Assembly: GCA_027604505.1 (NCBI GenBank)
Contig: JADIIX010000108.1
Location: 1-64,000, forward strand
Reading direction: 5' to 3'
From: Gonapodya sp. JEL0774
Taxonomy: Eukaryota
DNA length: 64,000 nucleotides
The position numbers and the translations under genes are program-made. Below, piece after piece: positions 1 through 10,838 of this stretch. The number at the start of each line of letters is the position of its first letter. Position 1 is the first letter of the stretch. The notes beneath the pieces were generated by a model. The model saw nothing but the letters and a program-made list of their open reading frames with translations, ran no database searches and was not told where the DNA came from.

Positions 1-483
1 AGGTAAAGGTGTCAGTTGTGTGATTCATCTCAGGAGTTGCATGCAGGTGAGTCAAACTGCTACCATTGATATCTGATCGGATGCTAATAGCATTGCTGGT
101 TATCCCCCCAATATTTCTGTAGGTCAGGACTGCTTTGGTCTGGTGCTATGGCAATTTTAACCCTGTTCTGCTGGTGCAATGGCAGTTTTAAGCCACCATT
201 GCTGGTGCAATGGCATTTTTCACCCAGCCATGGTTAAATCAATATACCACGGCTCTTTAACCACTGTTGTAGACCATGGTATTAATAGGGTTAAGCCAAA
301 GGGGTTAAGTGCAATTTAACCATTTTAATACCCTGTCCACTTAACCATGCAATAACCGCATTGGTATTTTAGTGGCATTTTACCTATATAACCACTGGGT
401 GGTATGTCCGTGGTTATGGCAGTGGTTAAATGGACTTAACCACACAAGAACCATGGGTGGTTAAGCCCCCGACTTTCCCAGTG
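1..483. mobile_element. Terminus of a putative CACTA/CMC-like (CACTG-ended) DNA transposon
   Basis: Ends in GACTTTCCCAGTG (reverse complement CACTGGGAAAGTC) at 471-483. About nine TTAACC/GGTTAA subterminal motifs occur in both orientations at 230-465. The region is AT-rich and CpG-poor and abuts the coding linker that starts abruptly at 484. Confidence 0.6.
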
Positions 484-484
484 T

Positions 485-1614
485 CCAGTACCTGCCTTCA
501 CTCAACCCTCTTCTCCACCTACCACTGCACCTTCCACCCCTCCTCAACCCACTGAAGCCCTCATCTCACTCCTCGCTGACAAGGACAGGGCAAACAGGGA
601 GCTGCAGGCTGAAGTGGATCGTCTCAAAGCTCAGCTTCAGGAGCTTTCTGTGAGGATAGCAACTGCAGAAAGCAAGGTGGAGGAGGTTGAGCGACGGAAT
701 GTGGACAATCAGGCAAAGATCACAACATTGGAAGCAGCCAACCGGGACCTCCATTCTGAGAACCGTGCCCTCTCCACTGAAACCCGCACCCTCTCCACAG
801 AAAATCGCGCCCTATCCGCTGAAAACCGTAACATTTTGACAGCAAACGCATCTTTGGAACGTGAGGCTGTCACCCTCCGCACCCAACTTGCATCCCTACC
901 ACCTGCTCCTCCACCACGCAAACCCCAACCCCCCCGCACTGTCAAGAGACTCATGTACGCCATAGCCGATTTCCAGGCCCAAGATGTTGACGAACTTAAT
1001 GTTCAAGTTGGAGATGAGATTTATGTCAACCTGGAGTTTGCAGATGGGTGGGGATCTGTGAGTAACACTTTTTTGTTGCTTGTGTGCTGTTCCCCACTCA
1101 TGAATCTTACTTCCTTCCGCATCCCCTGCCCCCTTACCGTCCATCTGTGATCCGCTCCCAGGGCTTCAACACAGCACGTGGTACTGCTGGTGCCTTCCCC
1201 ATGGCATGTGTTAGCGACACACCCTCCGAACATCCTCTGCAACCTTCTTCCTTCACCCTCCGCTATGACTCCCGCCTCAACATTGGCCCAGCACCTGCCT
1301 CCTCAAACCCCTTCCGTCCAGTCCCAAACGCCCCACCTCCCTCCTCCCAGTACCATGGCGACGTGGCTGGCCCACCTCAACGGCCAACATACCCCACGGG
1401 GCCGACACCACCAGCGTCAGGAACGTGGCCTGAGCGGGGTGTGGAGTCGAGGGGTGGTGGTTATATTGTAGGATGGGGTGAGGCAATGGGGAGGTTTGGT
1501 GGAACTGGTGGCGGGGCAGGAACTGGAAACCAGAGTGGGAGTAGGAAGATGGGTGTTCAGACTGAGGTGCTTGGATCAGGAGGGTCCGGGGCAGAATCAG
1601 GGCGAGGGAGGTGA
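485..1614 (+). pseudogene. 5'-truncated gene: Pro/Thr linker, coiled coil, SH3 domain, Pro/Gly-rich tail
   Basis: Open frame from 485 (PVPAFTQPSSPPTTAPST...). Intron 1058-1161 (GTGAGT...CCAG) restores the SH3 sequence MYAIADFQAQDVDELNVQVGDEIYVNLEFADGWGS|GFNTARGTAGAFPMACV. No ATG start is present; the upstream part is replaced by the transposon. Confidence 0.7.
758..841 (+). repeat. 4 x 21-bp coding tandem repeat (heptads ENRALST/ETRTLST/ENRALSA/ENRNILT)
   Basis: Units start at 758, 779, 800 and 821. Confidence 0.85.
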
Positions 1615-1852
1615 ACAGTCCAGCAGTGGGAGAGGTGAAGTTGGGATCTGGCAGGGTGGTGGGGAAAGTTTTTTCCTTTTCAATCTATTCTTTGTTTACA
1701 TTCACTTTGGATTGAAGTGTCTTTGATCTGTAGAGTTTAGGAAGAGACATTTATTGTAGTTCAGTACGGTAAAATTAAGCCGTTTCAGTAAAATGTTCAA
1801 AGTTCGTACCCTCGCACTACTTTTTCTCTTATCTTGAGGGGACGGAGGAAAA

Positions 1853-2502
1853 GTCGTGTGCAATCATGTTGTGGTTTTGGTGTTCACGAACACATCGACA
1901 AAACCGATCCCCACCCCGACCCAACATTCAACCCGCGCCGTCACGCTCGACCGCCTGTGTTCACTCCCGCCCATATTCCATTTCCGTCGCTCTCTTGTTC
2001 GATCCCCGTCCCCTCCCCCCGACGCTCGTCTTCCCGTCCCAGCCCTCTTCCGCGCTCCACTCCACCAATCCACCTCACAGTTCAACATGTGAACGCATCG
2101 AATGAGAACATGGAGCAATTCGTGGGGAAATGTGTCTGTCCACCGTCGGCTGGATGTGTGGACAGTGATGAGTGAGTGTGTGCTCGTGACGATCCGAAAC
2201 GAGGAGGATGGAAGGACGGACCGATGGTGAAACATGAGGACACAGAAAGATCATCTCGTCGCTGTGGAATCAGGGATTGCAAGTAAGTTGTGTCGTTTTT
2301 TGTCTTTCTTCTCTCGATTTGTGTGTATGACCTTTGGCGTCGACACCTTTGTCCTTCCACGCTACGCCAAGCCAACGACGCTCAAGACGGACCGAAGCAA
2401 GTCCAATCTCATGACAATTGGCGTTGGTCCGAGGTGACCCGAATGCAAGACACGGGTGGACGCGTGGAATGGCCGCAATCTCGCGGAGGTGAGTGGGCAG
2501 CG
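1853..2502. repeat. Noncoding duplicated block, copy 1
   Basis: Collinear and highly similar to 6846-7467 (shared GTCGTGTGCAATC, ACCGATCCCCACCC, TTGGCGTTGGTCCGAGGTGACCCGAATGCAAGACACGG). Confidence 0.9.
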
Positions 2503-4664
2503 AACAGACGGCTTTCGTCTTCCATCGCACCCCCCGCTGTATCATCCTTCTACTGCTTTGGTATGTGGTTTTGCTCCTGCGTGCTTTAATTTTCACCGAG
2601 CCTGTCTCATCTTATTCATCTCTATGCCATAGCCGTTCGTTCCAACGACTTCAACCGGGAACCGACATCAACTATCACAGAAATGAGTTCCTCCCCCTTG
2701 GTAAGTCCTTTCACTTGCATTCATGGCCTGCCTTGCAACTCCTCATGTTTTGCCTTCCCCACCTTTTCAGGTCGCTCGCCCACGTTCACGACATTTGCCT
2801 CTGTGCATTTGAACCGCCGGTTGTATTTTGTACGCTGAACAGTGCAGAGGGTGGGGTGAACAGAGCACAAGTGCCCGGCCCGGACATGACCGTTGAATTG
2901 TGATCCTCGCTTTTGATTGGAAAATTTTTTTGCAAGTGGGAACACAGGATACAGTCTTTCCGTAGCGTTGGGACAATGGCACCGGATATCATGTAAGTTG
3001 GCAACCACGTGCGACGATCAAAAGATGCGAGGTGCCGGGAACATAGGTAAGTACTCTGTCTATACTCTGTCTACTAACGATCTGAGCGTTACCTTTTCAG
3101 CTCACCTCTGCCGATTGCATCTCCCTACTGTCTCGCTTCTTTGTCTCACTCGAACCATCCTCCCCAATTTGCCTTCCTCCTCTCCTCGTATCCCCCGACC
3201 GAATCCAAATCTCTGGAATTTCCCGGGGATACAAATGGCGGACTCGGCCTCAGATTTACTCCACACCTCCCCGCCACAGCCTATTTCAATGTCCAAGACC
3301 AAATGCCACAGACTCACCGCTCAGGATGACACCGATGTCACGAATGGACAAATGCATCGTGCAAGTCTAGGTACGTTTTGAACGTTTGAAACATTGAATT
3401 TTGTTCCTTCCCTCATTCTCCACCGTTCGCACTCTCGACCCCACGTATGGCTTTTCCCCACGTCCACTCACGTCTCACGAGATATGTCCAACTCGGCCTC
3501 CGATGTCCCAAGCGTTCCCACCGTTTGACCGACCGCCCCTCATCGGCATAACAGCAGGGACCGAGGGGTTGTGATGGATGGAGCAGACACTGTGAGGACG
3601 GCTCACACATTGGAACGAACTGTACCCACGAAATCAAACCTGTCAGTATCAAAGAAGGTGCTGGCAGCTGCATTCATGAAAGCTTTGGAAACCAGCTGGA
3701 GAGCTAAGTGTGGATGATCTTCAAGATCTTTGATCACCCGAGAAAGGGGAAAGCACGTGACAGAGAAGAGTTGTGAGTCAGAGTGTATGGGCGCCAAAAG
3801 AGCGTGCACACTATTAGTTAAACATCTATCGGCCAGGCATCCCTCCTACCACTTTCGGAATCTCGTGATGGAAGATGGAAACGGCGAGACGGACACTGAA
3901 GTAAAACTGTAGAACGACATGGGAACCGAGATGCTGAACAGGGTAAGTTTGCGATGGAGTTGCGGGCCAGTTGGCGTAGTGTTGTTTCTGAGTCGTCAAA
4001 CGGCAGGCAAAAACAGACTGGGAAACCTAGGACGACACAACGGGACAAGTACGCGCCTGGACCTATGAGTGGAGGTATTGCCTAGGGAACAGCGCATATG
4101 AGGGTATTGGGAGGCGGTAGGAGCGTGGTGGGGAGCAGACTGGAGTCGCGGGCCAGAACGGGAATGAGATGCCCAGAGGAAACTGCCAGGGGATGTCCAG
4201 GATGGGGAGCTCAGGACCAACAGCACAGTGAGTGGCAAAAAGGTATGCTGCCCTCAAGTGAGGCGAATCACTAGCAGACGGTGGTTGTGCCGAAACGTGC
4301 AAGAAGAAAGGGTGTCGGCACTCGTGTGATTTGGGCAGGAAGCGTCTGCAAGGGGGGACGGGAGACTGGCAAAGACGGAAGATGGTGCCAGTGAGCATTG
4401 CGCTGCGGGGTCCCCAGGGGAGAGAGCGTGTGGTGGGTTGGGCAAACGGGAGTGGCACCGACCTCGGGAGCAGGAATAACTGAAACATCTATATCATGAA
4501 CACCATACAATATAAAAGTTGTATCATCAATTTATTTACAAGTTCGCGTCATCGCTCGTGGCGGTGTTGAGAAGGTCTGCATAAACAAATGGGCGCAGTT
4601 GGTCACAGCGACAACTGACACAGCAAACAAACCAAAACATCACGAAAATTACAAGGAAAGCACC

Positions 4665-6529
4665 ATGTTAACCACGCGCGACATCGAACTGATCGAAGCA
4701 GTGGAAAACGGGCAGGCGCCGCGCGTCCGACAGCTTCTAGCGGAAGGAGCGAACCCCAACGCAAGGAAGCAGGTGACACTGGCATGCACGATTGGACACG
4801 ATACAAAAACGGACACTACGGAATGCGAATCTGCTTTGACACTGGGGATTCGTCATGCTAATGAGGAGATTGTCAAGGCGTTGCTCGAAGGAGGTGCCGA
4901 TGCGAACGGTGTGTGCGAGTGGAAGATCGCGAGTTGGTTTTCATCTTGGGATTCGGACGCCTGGAGCAGGAGGCGTTGGCGTCAGAGGTATTTGTTCCCG
5001 TCAGCGTTGACACTGGCAGTGGTGAGGGGCGGGAAGACGACGTGGTACGGCGCCTTCACAGTCGATTCACCCAACTATGACAACAAACTCCCGATCAGTC
5101 TCAAGGGTGGCGACGTGCAGATCAGAGATCCCAAGGAACAGAACGACACCTGCATCGATCCCTTCACTCTGTTCCTGTCCCTCCCCATCCTCAAACTCCT
5201 CCTCTCTCACGGGGCGGTGGTCACCCAGAGAGAACTCGACTCAGCTCGCAAACAGCCAGATGGACGTTTCTTGCAGATGCTCCAAGCCCATCAATCCTAC
5301 CCTCCCACTCCAGTCCCTGCCCGCACGCAACCTTCATCTCCACCTACCACTGCACCTTCCACGTCTCCCCAACCCGAATCTTCTTCTCCATCTGCCTTCC
5401 ACATCTCATCCTCCCTTCCAATCATACCACCTGCTGCTGAAATCAGACAACAAACCCCAGTCAGACCAGTCTGGCACATTCATCATACAGATGTGGAAGC
5501 TGGTGAGGAACTTGGGCAAGGCAGCTTTGGCATTGTGCACAAGTGTGAGTGGTATGGAACAACAGTAGCAGGAAAATTCCTTCTCCTGGATACCAGCCCC
5601 AATGGACAGCCTAGGGAGAGCTATAAAGTTGTGAGTCACCACTGCTTGTTCATTATCTGAAGTGTTTGCTCAATGACTTGTTCTGTTTTCCTCAATATAG
5701 GCTTTTGAGAAGGAAGTGACAGCGTGGCACACAGCTGGATACCACCCAAACATTGTCCCCCTTATTGGTGCCTCATGGGAGTCCCCTCGTCCTCTCTTTC
5801 TTTCCAAATTCATGAAGAATGGAGATGTAGTCAACTTTCTCCAAAAGAATCCAACTCTTGCTACACCTAAAATGAAGTTTCGCATTGTGAGTTTTGTTTT
5901 TAAGCTTCTATAAATGGTGTTTTTGGCATGTTAAAATGTTCCTTGTTATTTTGTCACCACGAGCTCTGTGACATTTCTGCTGGCATGCACTACCTCCACA
6001 ACGGCCGCAACATTGTCCACGCAGATCTCAAACCTCAAAACACACTTGTGGATGATGACTACACAACTCTGGTGACAGACTTTGGGACTGCCAAAATTGT
6101 GGATTTACCTCCTTCTGAAGCAACCGGAATGCGGTTTGGAACCTCAGCCTATATGCCACCAGAGAGGTTGCTTGGGGGTGGGGCAACAAAGGAAGGGGAT
6201 GTGTATGCTTTTGGAGTCACAGTATTTCGAGTAAGCTCTGTTATGTGTTTTAACTTCTGAATTTGAGTACTAATTGTTCCTTTTTGATTTCACCACCTTC
6301 CCAGATCTGGACTCAACGCGTCCCCTACAGTGAAAGTGAGTTCAATGGCCTCCCACTCTCATCCATTGTCGACAGCAGACAGCAACTCAGGCCCTTGATC
6401 CTGGAATCTGACAACATGCCAGAAGCCTTGGAGCAGTTGGTGGAGGAATGTTGGGACCATTTTCCTGCAAAGAGGCCTGTGTTTGGGGACATTTTGAGGC
6501 GGCTCAAGGAGATTAGGGACACGGTGTAG
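4665..6529 (+). CDS. Ankyrin-repeat + TKL-like protein kinase (4 exons)
   Basis: Ankyrin motifs LIEAVENGQAPRVRQLLAEGANPN, IVKALLEGGADAN and LKLLLSHGA. Kinase motifs GQGSFG, VAGK, HADLKPQN, DFG, YMPPE and DVYAFG. Introns ~5631-5700, ~5887-5963 (atypical GAG acceptor) and ~6231-6304. Confidence 0.9.
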
Positions 6530-6845
6530 TAAGTTGTGTTTGGTGGGGAGGCGCCGAGCGGGAGGGTGAGATTGTTTTGAGAGTTGAACTGAACAACAGT
6601 TTCGGCGAGTTTTGATTCATTTATTGTATACTTTAACACCACTACCAAATAATACCTAAGTCAGTCATTGCTCTTGAATCTTTCCGTTTGTCTCACTGTT
6701 CCGTCCATGCCGCTGCTGTAGTCTGCAACATATTTCTGGCTTGGCTTCTGGTCGAGACCGGTCGACGTATTGTAATCCATTCAACGGGATATCTCATCTA
6801 GTATCCGCCCCGACAATTTTTTTAGATTACGAGGCGGTTGAGAAC

Positions 6846-7467
6846 GTCGTGTGCAATCGTGTCATTCAACTCGGGTGTTCAACAACACATCAACCGAACC
6901 GATCCCCACCCGGACCCAACATCCAACCCGCGCCGTCGCGCTCAACCGCCTGTGTTCACTCCTGCCCATATCCCATTTCTGTCACTCTCTCGTTCGATCC
7001 CCGTCCCCTCCCCCCGATGCTCGTCTTCCCATCGCAGCCCGCTTCCACGCTCCACTCCACCAATCCACCTTACCGTTCAACATGCGAACGCATTGAATGA
7101 AGACGTGGAGCGATTCGTGTGGAAAGGTGTCTGTCCACCGTCGGCGTGATGCTTGTGACGATCCGCAACGAGGAGGATAGAAGGACGGACGGTGATACGT
7201 GAGGACCCAGAAAGATCATCTATTTACTGTGGAATCAGGGATTGCAGGTAAGTTGTGTCGTTTTCAGTCTTTCTTCTCTCGATTTGTGTGCATGACCGTT
7301 GGCATAGACACCTTTGTCCTTCCACCCTCCACCAAGCCACCGACGCTCTAGACGGACCGAAGCGAGTGCAATCTCATGACGATTGGCGTTGGTCCGAGGT
7401 GACCCGAATGCAAGACACGGATGGACGCGTGGAATTGCTGCTATCCCGGGGAAGTGCGTGGGCAGCT
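6846..7467. repeat. Noncoding duplicated block, copy 2
   Basis: Direct copy of 1853-2502, offset by about 4.97-4.99 kb. Confidence 0.9.
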
Positions 7468-7553
7468 TCTCATTCATCTCTTCATCTCTACATACCACCG
7501 ATACTCCTTCTCCCTGTTTTTTCCCAGCTCCCATCTTCGTTCCTTCGAGAATA

Positions 7554-8170
7554 ATGAAGCCCTCCGAAAACACGAATCTCGCCGATCTGCCATCCGATAT
7601 CCTATTCGAAATTGGCAAGTTTTCCCCTTCCGTCTCGGCGTGCCCACGGGCGCCCTAAACAAGGTTCTTTCAGCCATTTTTTGAACTCCTCGAAGTATTG
7701 CAGCGCGAACCATCGCCCACTATGGAACTCCTGCAAAGACGCTGGTGGGGCAGGCCACCAGGACTGAAAGTGAGCAGCACCAGGTTATTACAGCCATCCA
7801 CGAGCGACGCTTGTGTTGCCATCCGGATCTGAATGTCGACGAGAATATACCCGAATTGTTGTCAGAATGGAGGAGGTTGGGCGGCTCACCTCGCGGCAAG
7901 ATTGGACTCAACATGACCCCTCTTGCGGCTGCAGCAGGAGCAGGCAATGTGGCGAGTTTGCGTGTTCTTCTGCATTTAGGTGCTAATATACAGGGCAACC
8001 ACGGGTGGGGAGACGGTCTTCCTCTCGTCGAGGCGGGTCGAGCAGAAAGGAGTGGAAACCCAGAGGTTGTGAAACTGCTCTTGGATCACAGAGGCGCAAA
8101 CTTCAATTAGTTTGAGAGCTGGGGTGCTGGCATTGGTGGCATATTTGGAACGATGGTGTCAGATGGAACC
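7554..8170 (+). pseudogene. F-box-like + ankyrin-repeat pseudogene
   Basis: LADLPSDILFEI is F-box-like. Ankyrin motifs TPLAAAAGAGNVASLRVLLHLGAN and VVKLLLDHRGAN. In-frame stops at 7682 (TGA) and 8108 (TAG, within an ankyrin repeat). Confidence 0.6.
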
Positions 8171-8474
8171 TGAATGAGGACGGTGCAGATTCTTCATCCA
8201 TCTCCAGGCGCCAACTGGGAGCCGTGTATTACTTTGAGGCAGCGTTGTATACTGTGGTGGAATCGAACTAAAACCTTACCAAACCTTGTTGATCCACGCC
8301 AGCAAGGTATCTCTGAAAACAGAAAATACCAAACAATTCCATATTGCTATTACTGTAGCTACATGTGAATCTGACTAAATTTACTCTCTTCTAGATTCAC
8401 AAGGGAAAAATATGTCAGCTGTTGAGCCGAAAGTTTGATCGCCGCTGCCCAACACATAGTATTCCGTCGGACCC

Positions 8475-10644
8475 ATGCACCGCCCCCGTCCTTCCGCCAC
8501 GAGCAACCGCCTGCTCAGTTCCAGTAATTTCTCTCCAGCGCCCTCGTCTGGGTCTGCAGATGTCGCTTTGTTACCGACGAAGCCGTCAAAGTTCGTCGAC
8601 CGTGAACTGCACGCGATCGAGTTCATCGTGGTTTGTGGAGATATGCTAAATCTGTAAGTTGTTTTTCATCTTTGACAGAGATGGAAAGAGGAAACAGGCG
8701 GTGCTGACGTCGCGGTGATTGGGATCAAACGATTCAAACGGGCATCATTTACGTTGGACCATTCCGCATCCACCCACCCCGCACGATCCCATTCCAGTCC
8801 ACAAACCACCACTTGCACTGCCTTGACCTATTTCCACCGCTACACCCGCTTCTTCACCCACTCCGCCGCCCCCTCGAGCTCCACGTCCTCCTCCTCCCTC
8901 TCGGTCGACCAATTCATGCGACAAAGCCTCGTGGGCCCGCAGATCGACAAACAATCGTCGAGACTGGACGACTGTTTGATTGGAACGGCGGCGGTGAGCT
9001 TGGCGTGTAAGGCCACGGAGCAAATGAGGAAAGTGAGGGATGTCGTTAATGTGGCGTGGTGGGTCGTCAAAGGAGGTTCTCGGGGAGGTTCTGAAAGGTA
9101 TTTGCCGATAAACGATGTGAGTATCTTGACAATGGAGTCCAATAGTGGCGTTGTGTCTCGGAACCAGATAGCTGAAAGGGTGAGAATTCGGATGAAATCG
9201 TCGCTCAATGACGGACACTGGGTGAAAGAGTGAAGGCTCTCTTTGAATGAAGCAAAATGCCTTGTGCGCCGGCCTTGCCGAATTGCCATCCTAGGATGCC
9301 CCGTATATCTGGTGCAAATGTGGTGACCCCGTACCATGATAGATGAACACACCCTCTTCCACCCCGCACCTCACACCTGTTTGACCGTTCGCGCTACTCA
9401 CTAGACCTACCACACACTCCGCGACTCCCTTGTATCCGCCGAGCTCGCCCTCCTCAGAGTACTCCGTTTCGACGTCTCGGTGGACCTTCCCCACCGCCAT
9501 GTTGCGCATATGTGTCACCTGCTGTGGTGTAGGGTCGTCGCAGATGCCGGAGGTGACCCTAGAGATAGAGGCGGTGAACGGGATAGGCATCGGGGACAGG
9601 AGTGGGACCGGGGGCGGAACCGGGACGACGACAGACATTGGGACATGGGGGGCCGTGGTGGAAGTGGGAGCAGGTCCTGGCGGGCTTCCACGGGTAAAGA
9701 CCGAAGACGAAGCGCAAGTCCCGATAGGTACCCACCTGGCGCTGGATCTGGTTCGGGCAAGGCGATCAAGGTTGTGGAGCGCGAATGGGACCCTTCGCGA
9801 TCGGGAACGCCTTCGGATCGATTGTCTTCATCCCGTGACCTTGACCGTAATGTGGACCGATCCCGCACGTCTGGGTGGATCCGCTCTCCCAGTCCTTCTA
9901 ACCCGCCAACTTCCACCGAGTCCACCCTATCGACCCTGGCCTCGTTCCACCACCCGTTATCTCACCTGTCTCTCTCACACGCATCAGACGCCATGCTCGG
10001 CGCCGAGTTTGTATCGGGGAGAAACTGGAGACCCGAGGTGGTCGCGGCGTGTTGTGTGTTTTTGGCTGGCAGGGAGCTCGGGGGACTGTTGGCTGGTGTC
10101 GTGCCAGGGCCAGGAGAGAAATTTGTTGGTAGTGTGGGCAATATGGGAGTCGAGGAGGTGAGTTCTTCCCTGTCCGTCTGGGTGAATCTTTTTGATTCAG
10201 TCTTTTATCAATCTGGTGCGGCTCCTCTCAGTGGTGCTCGCTCTGGTCCGAGCCTAGAGACGCTGAAGAGCTTCAGGCAACCGTTGCTGCATTTTCATGT
10301 GAGTTTCTCTACCTTTTAAAAGGTGTTGCTGTCTTTGGACGACCATTACCGCTGGCATGACCTATTGGCCCCTCTCGCTGATCCTGCCGACATCACCTCC
10401 CCCGGCTAATGGTCATTTCAACCATGCAGCATGTCTGGAGGCACTTTTGCAGTTCTTCCGCAAGTCTAAGAACAAGTCGAGTACCGCTGATTCGAGTGCA
10501 GGTGCAGGCGGAGATAGTGGCAGGGACAAGGACAGAGAGAGGGAGCGAGAACGGCGGAAGGAGAGAGATGATAGAGACAGACAGGGACAAGGACACGGGT
10601 ACGAGAGAAGTAGGGAGCGGAAGGAGGATGACAGGCGACGGTGA
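8475..10644 (+). CDS. Cyclin Q / FAM58-like (transcriptional cyclin family)
   Basis: Cyclin box TTTCTALTYFHRY...IGTAAVSLACKATEQMRKVRDVVN. The exon from 9405 reads TYHTLRDSLVSAELALLRVLRFDVSVDLPHRHV. R/D/E-rich tail. 3' splicing is uncertain. Confidence 0.75.
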
Positions 10645-10838
10645 TTTACGAGGTGGGGTCGACAAATCCTTACACCACTCCGCCAGTGTAATATTTAGAC
10701 AGCGTATACAGTCGCAACGCTCAATTGCAACGAATACAAATGTGTTTCGGGGACCGTGCCAGGGTGGTGGCTAAACCGAATGATGTCATGGAGCTCGAGT
10801 GGGCTTGCCACACGAACTTGAACACAAAGGCGGAAACC

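Noticed and set aside
230..465. TTAACC/GGTTAA repeats as telomeric or CRISPR array
   Set aside because: Irregular spacing and mixed orientation; fits subterminal transposon repeats better.
2600..4500. Short ORFs with splice-like signals
   Set aside because: No coherent reading frame or family match could be assembled.
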